Shown: positions 19,460-30,826 of the stretch, in pieces
Numbering within the stretch: the first letter of the stretch is position 1
How the letters are laid out: every line of letters begins with the position of its first letter
The notes under the pieces: generated by a model
Databases searched by the model: none
The model's input: only the letters and a program-made list of their open reading frames with translations
What the model was told of the DNA's origin: nothing
DNA from: an uncultured Deinococcaceae bacterium
Lineage (GTDB): Bacteria; Deinococcota; Deinococci; Deinococcales; Deinococcaceae
Direction of reading: 5' to 3'
Assembly (NCBI GenBank): GCA_964252075.1
Contig: CAXULY010000027.1
Coordinates: 9,826-73,825 of the forward strand
Length of the DNA stretch: 64,000 nt
Made by a program: the position numbers and the translations under genes

Positions 19460-21331
19460 TCATCGAATCATTTGCAGCATCATCGTTGGTCGCCGCTCAA
19501 TCTCTTTTCCGAAACCTTTGTCGTTAACAATGTGACGTGCTGGGTCATAGACCACAAACAGGACGTGACGGTCGTTATCCCCGTACTTCGTGATGTCTGA
19601 GGAGATGTCTTCAGTGATCACGCGGACGTCGCTTTTCTTGCGGACGTACTTCAGCTCCACCCACAGGCCTTGCGTCTCTGCTGACCAGTCCGGCTTCGTG
19701 GTTGATGCGGACCAAGGCATAAACGGAAATTCGCGCCTTAGGTCAAGCTTGTTGGACATGAGGATGCCATCCGCGATTTCTTGAAGCGCGGGCTCGTCTT
19801 TGGGCTTGTGTGTCTTGCAGGCGACAGGAATGCCAAGAGCGAGGACGCTTCCAATTTTCTCCGCCAGTCCCCTCCATATCGTCTGTCGGTGGCGCCCAGC
19901 CATCAGAAGGCCCAGCATAGAAGTGGGTTCAAGCTCCCCACTGAGCACCGTCCCTCCGCACGCGGCAAGTTCACGCTCGAGCACGCCATATACGGCAGCG
20001 GCGTGCCGTTTATGCATGGCGATGAATCGCTCGGCGGCCTCCCTTTTTACCGGGAAGGGGCGCGAGGCTCGCCCCAATTCCTTAGAAAATTTCGCCCCGA
20101 TGCCATCGTCTGTCAAATCGTGTAGTTCCACGGCGTGCCGCGCGTAATTCACTGCCATGTTCGTTGCGTAACCCTCCGGACGGGGTCCATAAAGCACGTC
20201 AGTCATGTAGTCCGTTTCCGGATCGTGTCGCTCCATACCCGTCGCCAGGACCGCGATGCGGCGGTCAATGCACTGACTGCACTTCCCGCAGTGGCGACTC
20301 GATTTCGTCGCTTTCCGCCCAGGCGTCGCACAGGAAACCGTCATCGGAATGAAATCCACGCCACCTGCAGCCTTAATGCGCTCCAGCACTTCTGTTTTCG
20401 TGTTGAAGATAAAAGGGTTTGACAATTTAAAGGGACGCTCCAGCACGAGTGCGATGAAAGTTTCCATGTACTGGAATCCAAGGGGATGTGTCGTCCTCGA
20501 CGCGCGGGCGCGAATCACTTCGTCGGCAACCGGAAGATTCAGACTGACGACTCCGTTCTCGTAAAACCGCACCTCACTCACGTTGAACAGGTCGGCGACC
20601 GCCGCGCCAAGGGCCGAGAACAGGAACGATCGGGTGCGCTGTGTCGATTCGTCGTCCATCCCAGTTTCCTTAAAGACGGCGACGGGCACATGAATTAAGT
20701 CCTTGCCATACTTTCGGTCCAATGCATTTTTCAGCTCGCGTTGGCGACTGTAGATGGCGGGCGTGGCACGATGACTCACCAGCACCGTCTTCTCTCCCTG
20801 TTGCAGTAGCTCCAGAACACCTGCGAGCGAGTCCAGTCCCCCGGAAAACATCGTGACGTAATGGACGCCCTCTGCGAGAGGCTCAGGCTCGCCCGCGAAG
20901 TCGAACTGCTCTTGCCCACCTGTGCTGATCAAAATAGGCTCGAATGAAAACTCGTAGCTGTCGTCCGAGATGAACGCCAGTGTGCGCGTTAGTGCCTGTT
21001 TAACGACCGGGTCGTCCCAGAAGGCAAAGTCGCGCACAGCGACAGCAAAGTGAAACTCGCGTTCCCAAGCCTCGCGGCTGTGACCCTCCACGAAGCCGGT
21101 GCCGCGACCGACGGCACAGTCGCACGTGAAGATGTAGGCCGCAAGGTCCAGCAGGTCCATCACCCGTGGGGAAGGACGAGCCAGGGTGGCGGCGGAAATG
21201 TCCTCTAGATTCAGCGTGACGTTTGCCTCCGCTCCGTAGGCATTCAGCTCAAGGCGCTTGCGGGCCTGAATGGTCGGGTCGAGCGTGTTTCCGGTGGCGC
21301 CGTTGCACAACACGAGACGGGCGTGGGTCAC
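19460..21331 (-). CDS. QueC-family (QatC-like) PP-loop enzyme fused to a C-terminal DpnII/MboI-like PD-(D/E)XK nuclease
   Basis: SGGLDS, QRTRSFLF, SRTTHP, SC...HCGKCSQCIDRR; C-terminal E..LQ...KPD....VELKY...DI.KY...FVVYD; GTG start overlaps the upstream TGA. Confidence 0.85.
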   Translation of the reverse strand: MTHARLVLCNGATGNTLDPTIQARKRLELNAYGAEANVTLNLEDISAATLARPSPRVMDLLDLAAYIFTCDCAVGRGTGFVEGHSREAWEREFHFAVAVRDFAFWDDPVVKQALTRTLAFISDDSYEFSFEPILISTGGQEQFDFAGEPEPLAEGVHYVTMFSGGLDSLAGVLELLQQGEKTVLVSHRATPAIYSRQRELKNALDRKYGKDLIHVPVAVFKETGMDDESTQRTRSFLFSALGAAVADLFNVSEVRFYENGVVSLNLPVADEVIRARASRTTHPLGFQYMETFIALVLERPFKLSNPFIFNTKTEVLERIKAAGGVDFIPMTVSCATPGRKATKSSRHCGKCSQCIDRRIAVLATGMERHDPETDYMTDVLYGPRPEGYATNMAVNYARHAVELHDLTDDGIGAKFSKELGRASRPFPVKREAAERFIAMHKRHAAAVYGVLERELAACGGTVLSGELEPTSMLGLLMAGRHRQTIWRGLAEKIGSVLALGIPVACKTHKPKDEPALQEIADGILMSNKLDLRREFPFMPWSASTTKPDWSAETQGLWVELKYVRKKSDVRVITEDISSDITKYGDNDRHVLFVVYDPARHIVNDKGFGKEIERRPTMMLQMIR

Positions 21332-22119
21332 GCACCGGCCCCCTGTTTTTTCAACTCCGCTCGGAGTTTCTTGACGGCCACAGCGACGAACCCGGCAGTG
21401 TTTTCCGGCGTGATGCCCTGTTCGTACCGGGTTTTGGACATCCACTCACCGGAGTAGCGCTGCACGATGAAAGCACTCTGCTCACAGTGACGAATCAAGG
21501 CCTCGTTGAAGACCGTCACCTCGCCGATGTTGGGAAGGGCCGCCCCGCCCACTTGGGCGGCGGTCACCCGGCTCAGGTAGAAATTCAAATACCGGGCCAG
21601 GAAACGCCCAAAGAACACCTGTCCGAGGCGGGCGAACCCAGCTTCCGTCGAACAGGAGCGGACTGCGGCCTGCAGCTCATCCACGCCGCTGCCGAACAGC
21701 GTTTCGGCTTGAGGGGCCACCAGCACGCTGAGCGCGTCCCCCAGGGCACTGAGACTCATTTCGGCGACGTCGGAAAGCCTGCCGCGGCTGTACACCTCGT
21801 CCTCGACGGCCGTCTGAAGGCCGCTCACAAGGTCGAAGGTGGACGGAGCAGCGGGCAGTTCGACGCCGAATTCGGCCAGTTGATCGACCCAGTTGTCTGA
21901 ACGTGCGGCCAGGACGACGCGGGTCAGTACATAGAACGAGGTGACGAGTCCAGGGTCTTGGATGGCTTGGCTCAACCCGTTGTGTGCAGCGTCAATGGCC
22001 TTCCCCGCGATGTCGGCGACCTGCTCGTGCAGGAGCCCGCTCTCCTCATTGGCGACAGTGGCAACGACGGCCTTCCACTTGAGGGTTTTGGGAATTTCGC
22101 CGAGCCGGATGTGTCCCAT
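21328..22119 (-). CDS. Helical partner protein with MG N-terminus (QatB-like role inferred)
   Basis: MGHIRLGEIPKTLKW start; translationally coupled to the QueC-like gene. Confidence 0.65.
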   Translation of the reverse strand: MGHIRLGEIPKTLKWKAVVATVANEESGLLHEQVADIAGKAIDAAHNGLSQAIQDPGLVTSFYVLTRVVLAARSDNWVDQLAEFGVELPAAPSTFDLVSGLQTAVEDEVYSRGRLSDVAEMSLSALGDALSVLVAPQAETLFGSGVDELQAAVRSCSTEAGFARLGQVFFGRFLARYLNFYLSRVTAAQVGGAALPNIGEVTVFNEALIRHCEQSAFIVQRYSGEWMSKTRYEQGITPENTAGFVAVAVKKLRAELKKQGAGA

Positions 22120-22274
22120 GGGTGTCTGCTGGCTACACCTTTCGCGTGAGGCCCATCGTCCTCCCTGACATTTGTCACAGCCTACACGTTTGCTGCATGG
22201 GAAACGACGAAGTCGCGCCGAACGCGTCCGACGTCTGCGGTACGCTGAACTAATCGGAGGTCGCGTTTTCCGTC

Positions 22275-23396
22275 ATGACGACAGGCACATCGGTGGGTCT
22301 TGCCGTGACCGTGGACTGCACGGCGTTCAAACGTGCGATTGCCTCGCTGGCTGACATCGCGGGCGGGCGACACGGCAACACCCTGATGAATTGCATCAGG
22401 ATGAAGCTGGCGTCAGGCCATCTGGTGCTAGATGCCGTCGGCGATTTTTGTGATTTGACCCTTCACCTGGCCGTCGACACGACGGGCTCCTCCCAGGAGT
22501 TACTCATTCCAGCAGTACGCTTTGGAAAATTCGTTGCGGCGTTGCCAGACGCGCCTGTTGAACTCTCCTTCAGGACGAACGCCCTGCATGTGCATTGCGC
22601 CGGTGTGGACCTGAACGTGCTGGCTTTGGAAGCGGACACACCGTGGTTAGCACGCTCGCGTGATCCCGCAGCTCCGTCAGGACAGGTCGAGCCGGAGCTT
22701 TTGATGGACGCGCTTCGGGTGCGGTACGCGCTCGATCCGGAGCACCAGGTATTCAAGGGGTTCGCTCTGAAGTGGTTCAAGGAAGGCAGTTCCAAGAAAC
22801 TGCTGGCGTACACTGCCAACCCGAAAAACGCGGCTGTTCTTGAACGCGAAACGGAGTCCATGCTGGAAGGGGAAGTCGTGCTCCATCCTAAGGGGTTGGA
22901 TCCGCTGAACGAGTTCGTGCACGCATTTGGAGACAAACCGCTTCGCGCGACGGTGGAGCCATCAGTTGCCCTGTACTTGGAGGCGGATGGCAATGTCCTC
23001 CGGATGAGCCTGCTGGATGCCCGGCTTCCAGGCCTCACACAAGTTCTTCAAGGGAATGTACGCACCACGGCCACAGTGCCTCGACACGCCCTGCTTGCCT
23101 CACTCAAACGCCTGGAGTGCTATGCCGAGGGGGAACTTAATCAGGCAAAGCTGGTTCAAATTTCGACGGGAAATGGGGTTCTGGTCATGAGTGCAGAGGT
23201 AGCGGAGGGAAAGGTGATTGACCTCGTGCCGGCCAGACTTCAAGGCGATGTTGCAAGGATGAGGATTCTTGTTTTCACTCTTATCCAGGCTGTGCAGGCC
23301 GCATCCAGTGGAGAGATAACTCTTGAATTCATTGATAAGCGATTGAAGATAAAAGATGACACATACACCGCAGTAATCATGGGTCGGAGTGATTAA
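22275..23396 (+). CDS. dnaN: Divergent DNA polymerase III beta sliding clamp paralog
   Basis: 373 aa with a clamp-like pattern (L.L.A...DL.L...G..LLIPA..F..FV.ALPD..VEL; C-terminal Y.AVIM). Confidence 0.7.
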   Translation: MTTGTSVGLAVTVDCTAFKRAIASLADIAGGRHGNTLMNCIRMKLASGHLVLDAVGDFCDLTLHLAVDTTGSSQELLIPAVRFGKFVAALPDAPVELSFRTNALHVHCAGVDLNVLALEADTPWLARSRDPAAPSGQVEPELLMDALRVRYALDPEHQVFKGFALKWFKEGSSKKLLAYTANPKNAAVLERETESMLEGEVVLHPKGLDPLNEFVHAFGDKPLRATVEPSVALYLEADGNVLRMSLLDARLPGLTQVLQGNVRTTATVPRHALLASLKRLECYAEGELNQAKLVQISTGNGVLVMSAEVAEGKVIDLVPARLQGDVARMRILVFTLIQAVQAASSGEITLEFIDKRLKIKDDTYTAVIMGRSD

Positions 23397-23510
23397 ACAG
23401 AGTTAGTAGTTAACGTTTTTTATCCTATTTGGTAGTGGCGTTGTCGACGCGCGCGAGCGGCCGCCCGCGCCGCGCGTGCAGGTCCGGCAGGTACTCCACG
23501 TGCATGCGAA

Positions 23511-24259
23511 TCACAGGGCGGTGCCGTCCAGGGCGTTCAGGGCGTCGCGGGCGCGCTGACCGCACTCCCGTACAGCGGGACTGGGGTGGTCGTGCTCGAA
23601 GCGCACGCCAGTCTCCCAGCTGGCCGGGTTCGCGTAGAACGCCAGAGCGGCGCGGACAAGCTCCAGCTCCGGACGGTCCAGGAGGACCGCTGGCGCTGGC
23701 GACGCCCCATTCGTGTCACGGTGACCGACCTGCAGGGCGCACGCGTCCGCGAACGCCGCGAGGACCTGCCGGCCGCGTGCGCTGTCCCCGTCGCCGCCTT
23801 GCGACCAGAACTCCGCACCGAAATGCACGTAGCCCCGCGCCTCCAGGTTCCCGTCCGCGTCCACACCGCCGAAGCCCCACAGCTTGATGCGCGCGACGGC
23901 CAGCATCGCCCGGAAGCGCCGGGCGTCCCGCGCATCCTCCTGCAGAGCGGCCGCCAGGCTGCCTGAATCTTCGACGTCCGCGAGCGCGCGGCGCACGCAG
24001 CCGCCGCCTCGGTCTGGAAGGCCTGGGCGTCGAGCGCGTCCAGGACCAGCGCCACGCGGCCCCGCTCGGCCCGCCACGCCTCCAGCGCGCGCAGCGCGTC
24101 CAGCATCAGGGGCAGCGGCGCGGGCAGGTACACCTCGTGGCCGTCCGGCGGGAGGTCCGGCATCCAGCGCGCCTCCTCCTCGATGGCGTCCGCCGTAAGG
24201 TCCTGCAGCTGGGCGATCAGCGCGGCGAGGTCGAGCGGCCGCGTGGGTTCGGTGGTCAT
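23511..24259 (-). CDS. Hypothetical phage protein, apparently frameshifted near 24000
   Basis: Protein-like sequence switches from ORF 23537-24259 to ORF 23511-24077 at GAGGCGGCGGC. Confidence 0.4.
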
Positions 24260-25091
24260 GGGTGCACGCCCAGTTCCGCGAGGATCTCCGCCTCGCTGTA
24301 GATGCGGGGGGGCGCCGGCCGATCAGGGCGCAGCAGGCGCACGACGCAACCGATCACGAGCAGCACGCCCAGCGCACCGTTGAAGGCCAGCCAGCCACAT
24401 AGCACGGCGCTCAGCGTCGGCATCGCCACCTCCGAATCCGCTCCACGTGCGGCACCACCAGCTCCTGCTCGGCGCCGGTGCGGGGGTTGCGGGTGATCAC
24501 CGGCGTGAAGCCCTGGAGCGCGAGCTGCTCGAACAGGTGTGCGATCTGCATGGATTCCCGCATGCACTCGGCCATGCTGTCGAAGTCGCCGCCTTCGGTC
24601 AGCTCGTACAGAGCCGCGAAGCTCTGCTCGTCGAACGTGAACACCACCCGCTTATCCATGCCTGTGACCTTTCTGTGGTGTCTTGCGCGCGCGGACCTCG
24701 CGGATGTGGGCGCCGTTCTGCTCGTCCACCACGATCAGGGCGGGCTTCGTGGGGTGCGTCAGGGTGAGCTCCGTTCCCTCCCGGTCGGCGCCGCGCGCGT
24801 ACCCATGGCGCTCCCCGGTGTACACCTGCAAGAGGCCCTCGACGCTGCCCCAGGAGCACGATTCGGTGCGCCGGAGCGTGTGGGCGTCCAGCACCCGCAG
24901 GGACCGCCAGGACGTCACGGCCGGACCTCGCGCCTCGGCGGGCCGACCTGGATGAGCACCACGCTGGGCGGGGCGGGACAGGCAACGAACCGGGGGCTGG
25001 GCGCGCGGTCCTGGCAGCGGAGGCACACGGCGTGGTCGCCGCGGTGCTCCCACTCGTGCTGCGGCAGGAACGTGCTGGGGGGCAAGGTCAA
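24256..25091 (-). other. Four small coupled phage ORFs (24256-24423, 24411-24659, 24652-24918, 24915-25091)
   Basis: Overlapping start/stop chain. Confidence 0.55.
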
Positions 25092-25541
25092 ACCGCCACC
25101 CCCTGCCAGCGCAGCTGCTGCACCACGCGCGCCTCGACGTCCGCGGGCAGCGTCCAGAAGCCCAGGCCGCCCGCCCGTGCACGGCACAGGGTCCTGCAGG
25201 CGCACGGGGCTGCGGACGACCAGGGCGAGCTGCTCGCCGTCGTCAATGAACCAGCGGCTCTCGTGCCAATCCTGCAGGTCTGACGCAGTGACCACGCCGA
25301 CGATGTGGCCGGGCGTGGTGTCGTCCGGCCACAGCTCGATGCCGGTGAACTCGCGGATCATGCGGCGGTAGGCGTGGTCGTACTTCTGCCCCGCGTGAAT
25401 CGCGAAACGCTGGCCCGCGAGGGCGCGCGCCTGCGCCTGCAGGCCCTTGGCGTTCCGCCACGCGCGGTTCTCGACGTCCTTCCCGATGCGCGGGTCGACG
25501 AGCGCCAGGTCCATCGGGCGGATGAGCGTCAGGGCCTTCAC
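25088..25541 (-). pseudogene. ASCH-domain protein with a 4-nt frameshift
   Basis: KALTL..P.......KDVENRAW...AIHAG; the canonical GLGFWTLP C-terminus is in another frame. Confidence 0.7.
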
Positions 25542-28500
25542 GACAGCACCCGCGGGGCGGGATCGTCCGCCACCACGAAGCCCCGCCGCTCCAGCGCCGT
25601 GCGCGCCTGGTTGAACGCCTCGGGCGTCGTGAGGTACCCACCCACCCCCACGCCCAGCACGATGCACACCCGCACCTCCTGCGCGTCCAGGTTGTGGTCC
25701 ACGCTGAACACCTCCCATTCCGACTCGGAGAACAACAGCATCTCGCCCACCGCGGGGACGCGCAGGAACTCCACGTCCGTCAGGTACGCCACGTGCTCCT
25801 CGAGCACCGGCGCCTCCTCGAGCGCCTCTAGGTCCAGCAGTTGCTCGGCGGTCAGGCCGGTCGGGTCCACCCGGATGAGGGTCGCCATGACGAACGCCGT
25901 CCACTCGCCGTTCACGACCGCACCTCGCCCGGCTGCTCGGGCAGCGGCTCCAGCAGGTGCCTGAAGATGGGCAGCACGACCAGCAGCAGCGCCAGGCTGA
26001 TCACGGCGCACCCGCCAAGCGCCACCCGCTGCGCGCCGGCCAGGCCCAGCGACCCGAGCAGCGCCGACAGGGCCGCGCAGGCGATCAGCGCGCCGACCAG
26101 CCCGCTGGCGCGGGCGATCAGCGGCCGGACTTGCGGCGGGAAGCGCTGGAAGGACTTCAGGCGCTCCACCTCGGTCCGGTGGGTGTCTTTGAGGGTGCGC
26201 AGCTGCTGCTCGTGGGTGGCGCGCTCGCGCGCCCGCTCATCGCGTAGGTCCGCGAGCTGGAGCAGCGTGAGGTCCAGCTGGCGCTCCGCGAGGCGACGCG
26301 CGGCCACCGCGCCCTCCAGCTGCCGCTGCAGGCGCTCCGCCTGACTCAGCTGCAAGGGCGAGAAGGACAGCGTCCAGAACTTCCTGAACACCTCAGGCGG
26401 CACCTCAGCACCCTGAAAGGTCGCTTCGGTGTTGAGGCGGCCGCGCATCACGCGTCCCTCCAGCTGCGCTCGCTCGGGATCTCGGAGCGGCACTCCACGG
26501 CGCGCGTGACGTACAGCAGCACCCGCACCTCGGGGAGATCCGGCCGGCCGGTGGGGCGGACCGTGACGCGCAGGACGTCCGAGCGGTGCCAGTCCTCGCC
26601 CCAGTCCTCCCGCTCGGCGTGCGCGGCGACGAACGCCTCTGCGGCCTCCCGGGCGGTGTCGGCGCGCCGCTTGTCGCTCCACTCGTGCGGGCGGTGCAGC
26701 AGCACCGGCCGCGGCGCCTCACCGGCGCGCAGGTTCCCCTCGCAGTCGTGCTCCAGCACGTCGAAGCGCTCGAACATCAGGTCGGCCGTCACGCGGGCGT
26801 CCCTTCGAGGCCCAGCACCTGCACGAGGACGCGGGCGCGCGTCTCGGCGTCCGCCGACGCCACCAGGGCGATGGCGCCGTAATACTGCGGCGCTTCCGGC
26901 TCGGACGGTACGTGACCCACCGCCTCGCACAGCGCGCGGCCGTACAGGGGGAACCCGCCCTCGGCCAGCAGGCGCCGTTCGACGTCCGCCACCAGGTCGA
27001 GGCTGTACGAGTACGCGGGCGTGAACGGCTGCACGTGGCCTTCGGCGTGAATCCACCCCGGCCAGGGGCTGTCCGGGTCGTGGCTCCAGCCCATGTGGCG
27101 GGCCAGGGCCGCATCGATCTCATCGGTGGTCATGACCGCTCCTTTCCGCTCCGTATCTGTCACGGCGCCTCCACCCGCGGGCCCTCGAGCGCCTCGCGCA
27201 GCAGGGTGGCCGCCGGGCCGCCCACCCCGAAGGTGGAGCGCACCTCGAACGCGCCGTACGCATTCCCGGCGTCCGTGATGGCGTCCCAGTGCGGCGCAAC
27301 GCGCGCCCACTCGTCCTGCGTCCGGGCGAGCACGTCCACCATCCCGCGCGCCTCGGGCACCGCGCGGATCAGGCGCACGCAGCGCCCGAAGTCGCCCAGG
27401 TCCGCCGGGCCGTACGCCACGCTCACCGGGGCGTCCCAGCCCATCAGGGTGCACGCGAGGGCCTCGCTGGACACGCCCATGTCGCCGCTCGCGTACCACC
27501 GCGCGACGCGCAGCGCGAGGTCAGCCTTCGGCATGGTCCCCCCCGTTCAGGACGGAGGTCAGCACCCGGTGAACCAGCAGCAGATCCGACACGGTGAACG
27601 AAACGAGTCCCTCCAGCTCAGGCCAGAGACGGCCTCGGCTCGGATCTGGTTCCCGCATTTCGGCCAGCGACAGCGTGTCGTCCGGCGCGCGATTCGCGGT
27701 GATGCGGGTGTTGTGCTTGGTGTTTTTCGGGCCCAGGACGTGCGCGATGGCCTTCAGGCTCTCCCGGTCCTCTGCCGTCAGGGCGAGCGGCGCGCTCGCC
27801 TGGCGTTGTGACGGTGCTTGACGCGGGTCAGCCCCGTTCGTGCCGAGCGCGAGGGCGCGCATGGTGTTCAGCGCCGCGCGCTCGTCCTCCTGGTGCACGT
27901 CGCCCATGTACGAAAGGGCGTACTCAAGCGCGTCCGCCCCGCTTCCCATCGCCTGCTCCAGCGCCTGCACCCGCTCGCGGGCCTCCAGCAGGTCGGCGGC
28001 GAGGTCCGGCGCGGCGGCGATCAGGTGGGCGTTCCCCATCACCTCGTCCCAGTCCCCATCGATGGGCCCACTGGCGATTGCGCAGTACTGCCGCATGGGT
28101 CCGGTGCTCCCGGCGTAGATCCACTTGGAGTCCACGCCGTCCACGATGGTCGCCATGTCCGGGCGTCCCGCCTTCCAGGGGCCGGGCGTGCTGGTGGACA
28201 GCAGCGCCCGCACCTGCTCGTCATTCCATCTCGGCACGAACTTCTCCCTTCGGGGCGCTGACTTCGTTGTGAATGGTTTCCAGGGTCATGCGCAGCAGGG
28301 CCTTCGACATTCCCTTGTGGTCGCGCGCGTGGGCCTCCACACGTCCGCGGATGCGCTCCAGCGCGTCCCGCTCCGTGAGGGCGTCCCGGATGCGGGTCAG
28401 CAGGCGCGGTGGCACGCCCACCAGGGTCGTCACCTCGCCGCTCGCCGTGCCGTTGAGCACGGCGTCCAGCTCGGCCAGCAGGTCCGCGCTCACGCGGCCT

Positions 28501-29651
28501 CCGACTCGAGGGCCTGCAGCACGGCCAGCGTCAGGGCCCCGGTGGCGGTGTCGGCGGTGGCGACACCGTGGTACGTGGCCTCCTCCGCCTCGCCCTGCAA
28601 CGTCCACACCCGCGCGATGTACCCCGCGCCTTCTCGGCCGCGCAGCACGCGCACCGTCCAGCCCCACCCGCGCGCCGCGCACAGCTCCTCCAGCGCGGCG
28701 CGCAGCACCGCGTCGCCTGCCGGCATGTGAACGGCGTCGCTGCAGGGAATGCCGCGCAGGATGGGGCGGATGTCGCCGTCCGCGTCGAGGACCACGAGGC
28801 CCGGCACGCGGCGGTTCACCTCCAGCAGCGGGTCCCACTGTCGGGCCGTCACTTCGACACCGCCTGCAGGGCGCCCTGCACGGCCTGCGTGAACGCCAGG
28901 AAGGGCTCGCACGCGCGGCCCCGGCCGAGTTCCTGCCCGCCGTGGTACACCATGGCGCCGCACTCGTCGCCGAGGACGCTCAGCATCCACTCCCACCCGC
29001 GCGCCCGGCACAGCTCCCGCCAGCCCCCTTCGAGGAGTTCAGGCTCCGCGTGGAGGGCGCACCACTTCCCGCGGGAGCTGAGCGTGCCCGCCGTGCGCCA
29101 CTCGCCGCGCAGCCGCACCTCGATCAGGGTCAGGTGCTCGGCGTTGCGCATTGGTGTGAGGCGCAGGTGCTCGGGCGCCCACGGTGCCATCTGGCACAGC
29201 GCCTCGGGCAGCGTGTCCAACACAATCTCAGGCATCTTGGCGGTCACGAGATCCACCCTTCGACGAGCCCCTGCAGCGCCTTGCGGTGGTCGATGTCGAG
29301 GCGGTGGCGCACCTCGTTCGCGCAGTACTTCATCGTGCGGCCGTCCAGGCCGTTCAGTTGCGCGTCGGGGCCGCTCAGGCGGGCAAGCCAGGCGCGCAGC
29401 ATCCGCGCGAGCGCCACCTCCTGATCCGTGACGGGCGCCTCGATGGGCGTCCGCACAATGTCCACTAGGGTCCGCATCGACCAGCGGAAGTGCAGCACCA
29501 AGCCCTGCAGGACCAGGAACTCCACCAGCCCCAGGACCAGCGCAATGCGGCTGCCCGTGACGTACAGGACGGTGAACGTCACGAGGAGCGCCGCGGCCAG
29601 CCAGAACGCGGTGGTGGCGCTGCGGACAAGGCCCTCCAGGATCTCCTTCAT
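25538..29651 (-). other. Chain of coupled hypothetical early genes (25538-25915, 25912-26448, 26448-26792, 26789-27163, 27160-27534, 27521-28237, 28221-28493, 28490-28852, 28849-29256, 29244-29651)
   Basis: ATGA/GTGA overlaps and GGAGG RBSs; 27521-28237 has the phage TPGPW...NA.LIAAAPDL motif. Confidence 0.65.
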
Positions 29652-30826
29652 GCGACCTTCCCGCTCTTGAGGGCGAGGAGGCCGCGCAGGTACGCGCGGT
29701 GGTCGTGCACGTCGCGCCGCCAGCCCTCCACGATGGGCGCGAGGTCCGCGCCGTCCTCGCTGGTGATGACGGCGCGTTCGTTCTGGTGGTACCGGCTGGG
29801 CACGCCGTGGCGGGTGGCGTACGCGGCCAAGCTCATGCCCTCCAGGGCGCTGGTCACGTGCACGGCGTCGGGCTGCAGCTTCTTGGGCATGGGCGCCTCC
29901 TCGGCGGTGTCGGACAACTCAGGCGATTCGGGTGCAGGGGTATCGGAATACTTGGAGCGTTGAGGAAGCTGCGGGCCGCCCAGCACGCCCGTCAGCAGCT
30001 GCGCCTGCGCGGCCGACAGGCGCGCGGCGAGGTCGTCGCGCTCGCCGGTCACGGCGGCCAGCTGCGCGCGCAGGGCGCGCAGTTCGGCTTCCGCGTCCTC
30101 CAGCTGCGTGCAGGCGAGGTCCGCGGCGGTGCGCTCGGAGTCGAGGCGCCGCTGGAGGCGCGCGCGGTCCTGCGCCGCCTGTTCCTGCATGTCGCGAACC
30201 TCGCGCTCGACGGCCAGGCGCTGCACCTCCGCGCGGCCCTCCAGCTCCACGCGCTGCGCGGCCAGCGCCTGGACCAGCTCGGCTTCGAAGCCCGTCACGC
30301 GGCGCTCCAGGCCGTCCGCTCGGCGGCGCTCCTGGGTCGAGTCCGCCTGCGCCTGATCGACGAGGCGCATGGAGGCGTCCACGCCCTCCTGGTACACCAC
30401 GCGAATCCGACCCTCGGCCTCGTCGAGGCACGCCAGGATGTACCGCTCAATGCATGCCCACACGTATGCCAGCTCCCCGCGCAGCTTCTCGCGCACGACC
30501 TTCGGCGCGTTGCCCACACCACCACCACACGCCAGCACCGCCCACCCCTGGAAGTCGTACGCGCGGTTCATGAGGTTCGCGATGGTCTCGGACCCGTCCG
30601 TGTCCTCGCGCATCGACCGCTGTAGCTCCCTGGAGATGGCCGCCATGGCCTGCTGAAACGCCTCCCGCCACTGGTGGGACGTCATGCGGGCGGCGCGCGC
30701 CTCGGACATGGGGGACGCCTCCCGCCCGTCCATCTGCTGGAGCGCATGGGCCTTGACGGCCTGCAGGTCCACCGCGCTCAGGAGGGCGCGCGTGTCGGCG
30801 GGTTGAAGGGTGATGGACTCGCTCAT
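29648..30826 (-). CDS. Coiled-coil hypothetical protein
   Basis: Long E/R/A/Q heptad region. Confidence 0.65.
   Translation of the reverse strand: MSESITLQPADTRALLSAVDLQAVKAHALQQMDGREASPMSEARAARMTSHQWREAFQQAMAAISRELQRSMREDTDGSETIANLMNRAYDFQGWAVLACGGGVGNAPKVVREKLRGELAYVWACIERYILACLDEAEGRIRVVYQEGVDASMRLVDQAQADSTQERRRADGLERRVTGFEAELVQALAAQRVELEGRAEVQRLAVEREVRDMQEQAAQDRARLQRRLDSERTAADLACTQLEDAEAELRALRAQLAAVTGERDDLAARLSAAQAQLLTGVLGGPQLPQRSKYSDTPAPESPELSDTAEEAPMPKKLQPDAVHVTSALEGMSLAAYATRHGVPSRYHQNERAVITSEDGADLAPIVEGWRRDVHDHRAYLRGLLALKSGKVA

Noticed and set aside
19460..21331. Housekeeping queC or a dpd DNA-modification cluster
   Set aside because: About three times the length of QueC, nuclease-fused, and without queD/queE/folE/dpdA
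17493..22119. Canonical qatABCD operon
   Set aside because: No TatD; the ATPase is on the opposite strand with different GC and no evident KAP features
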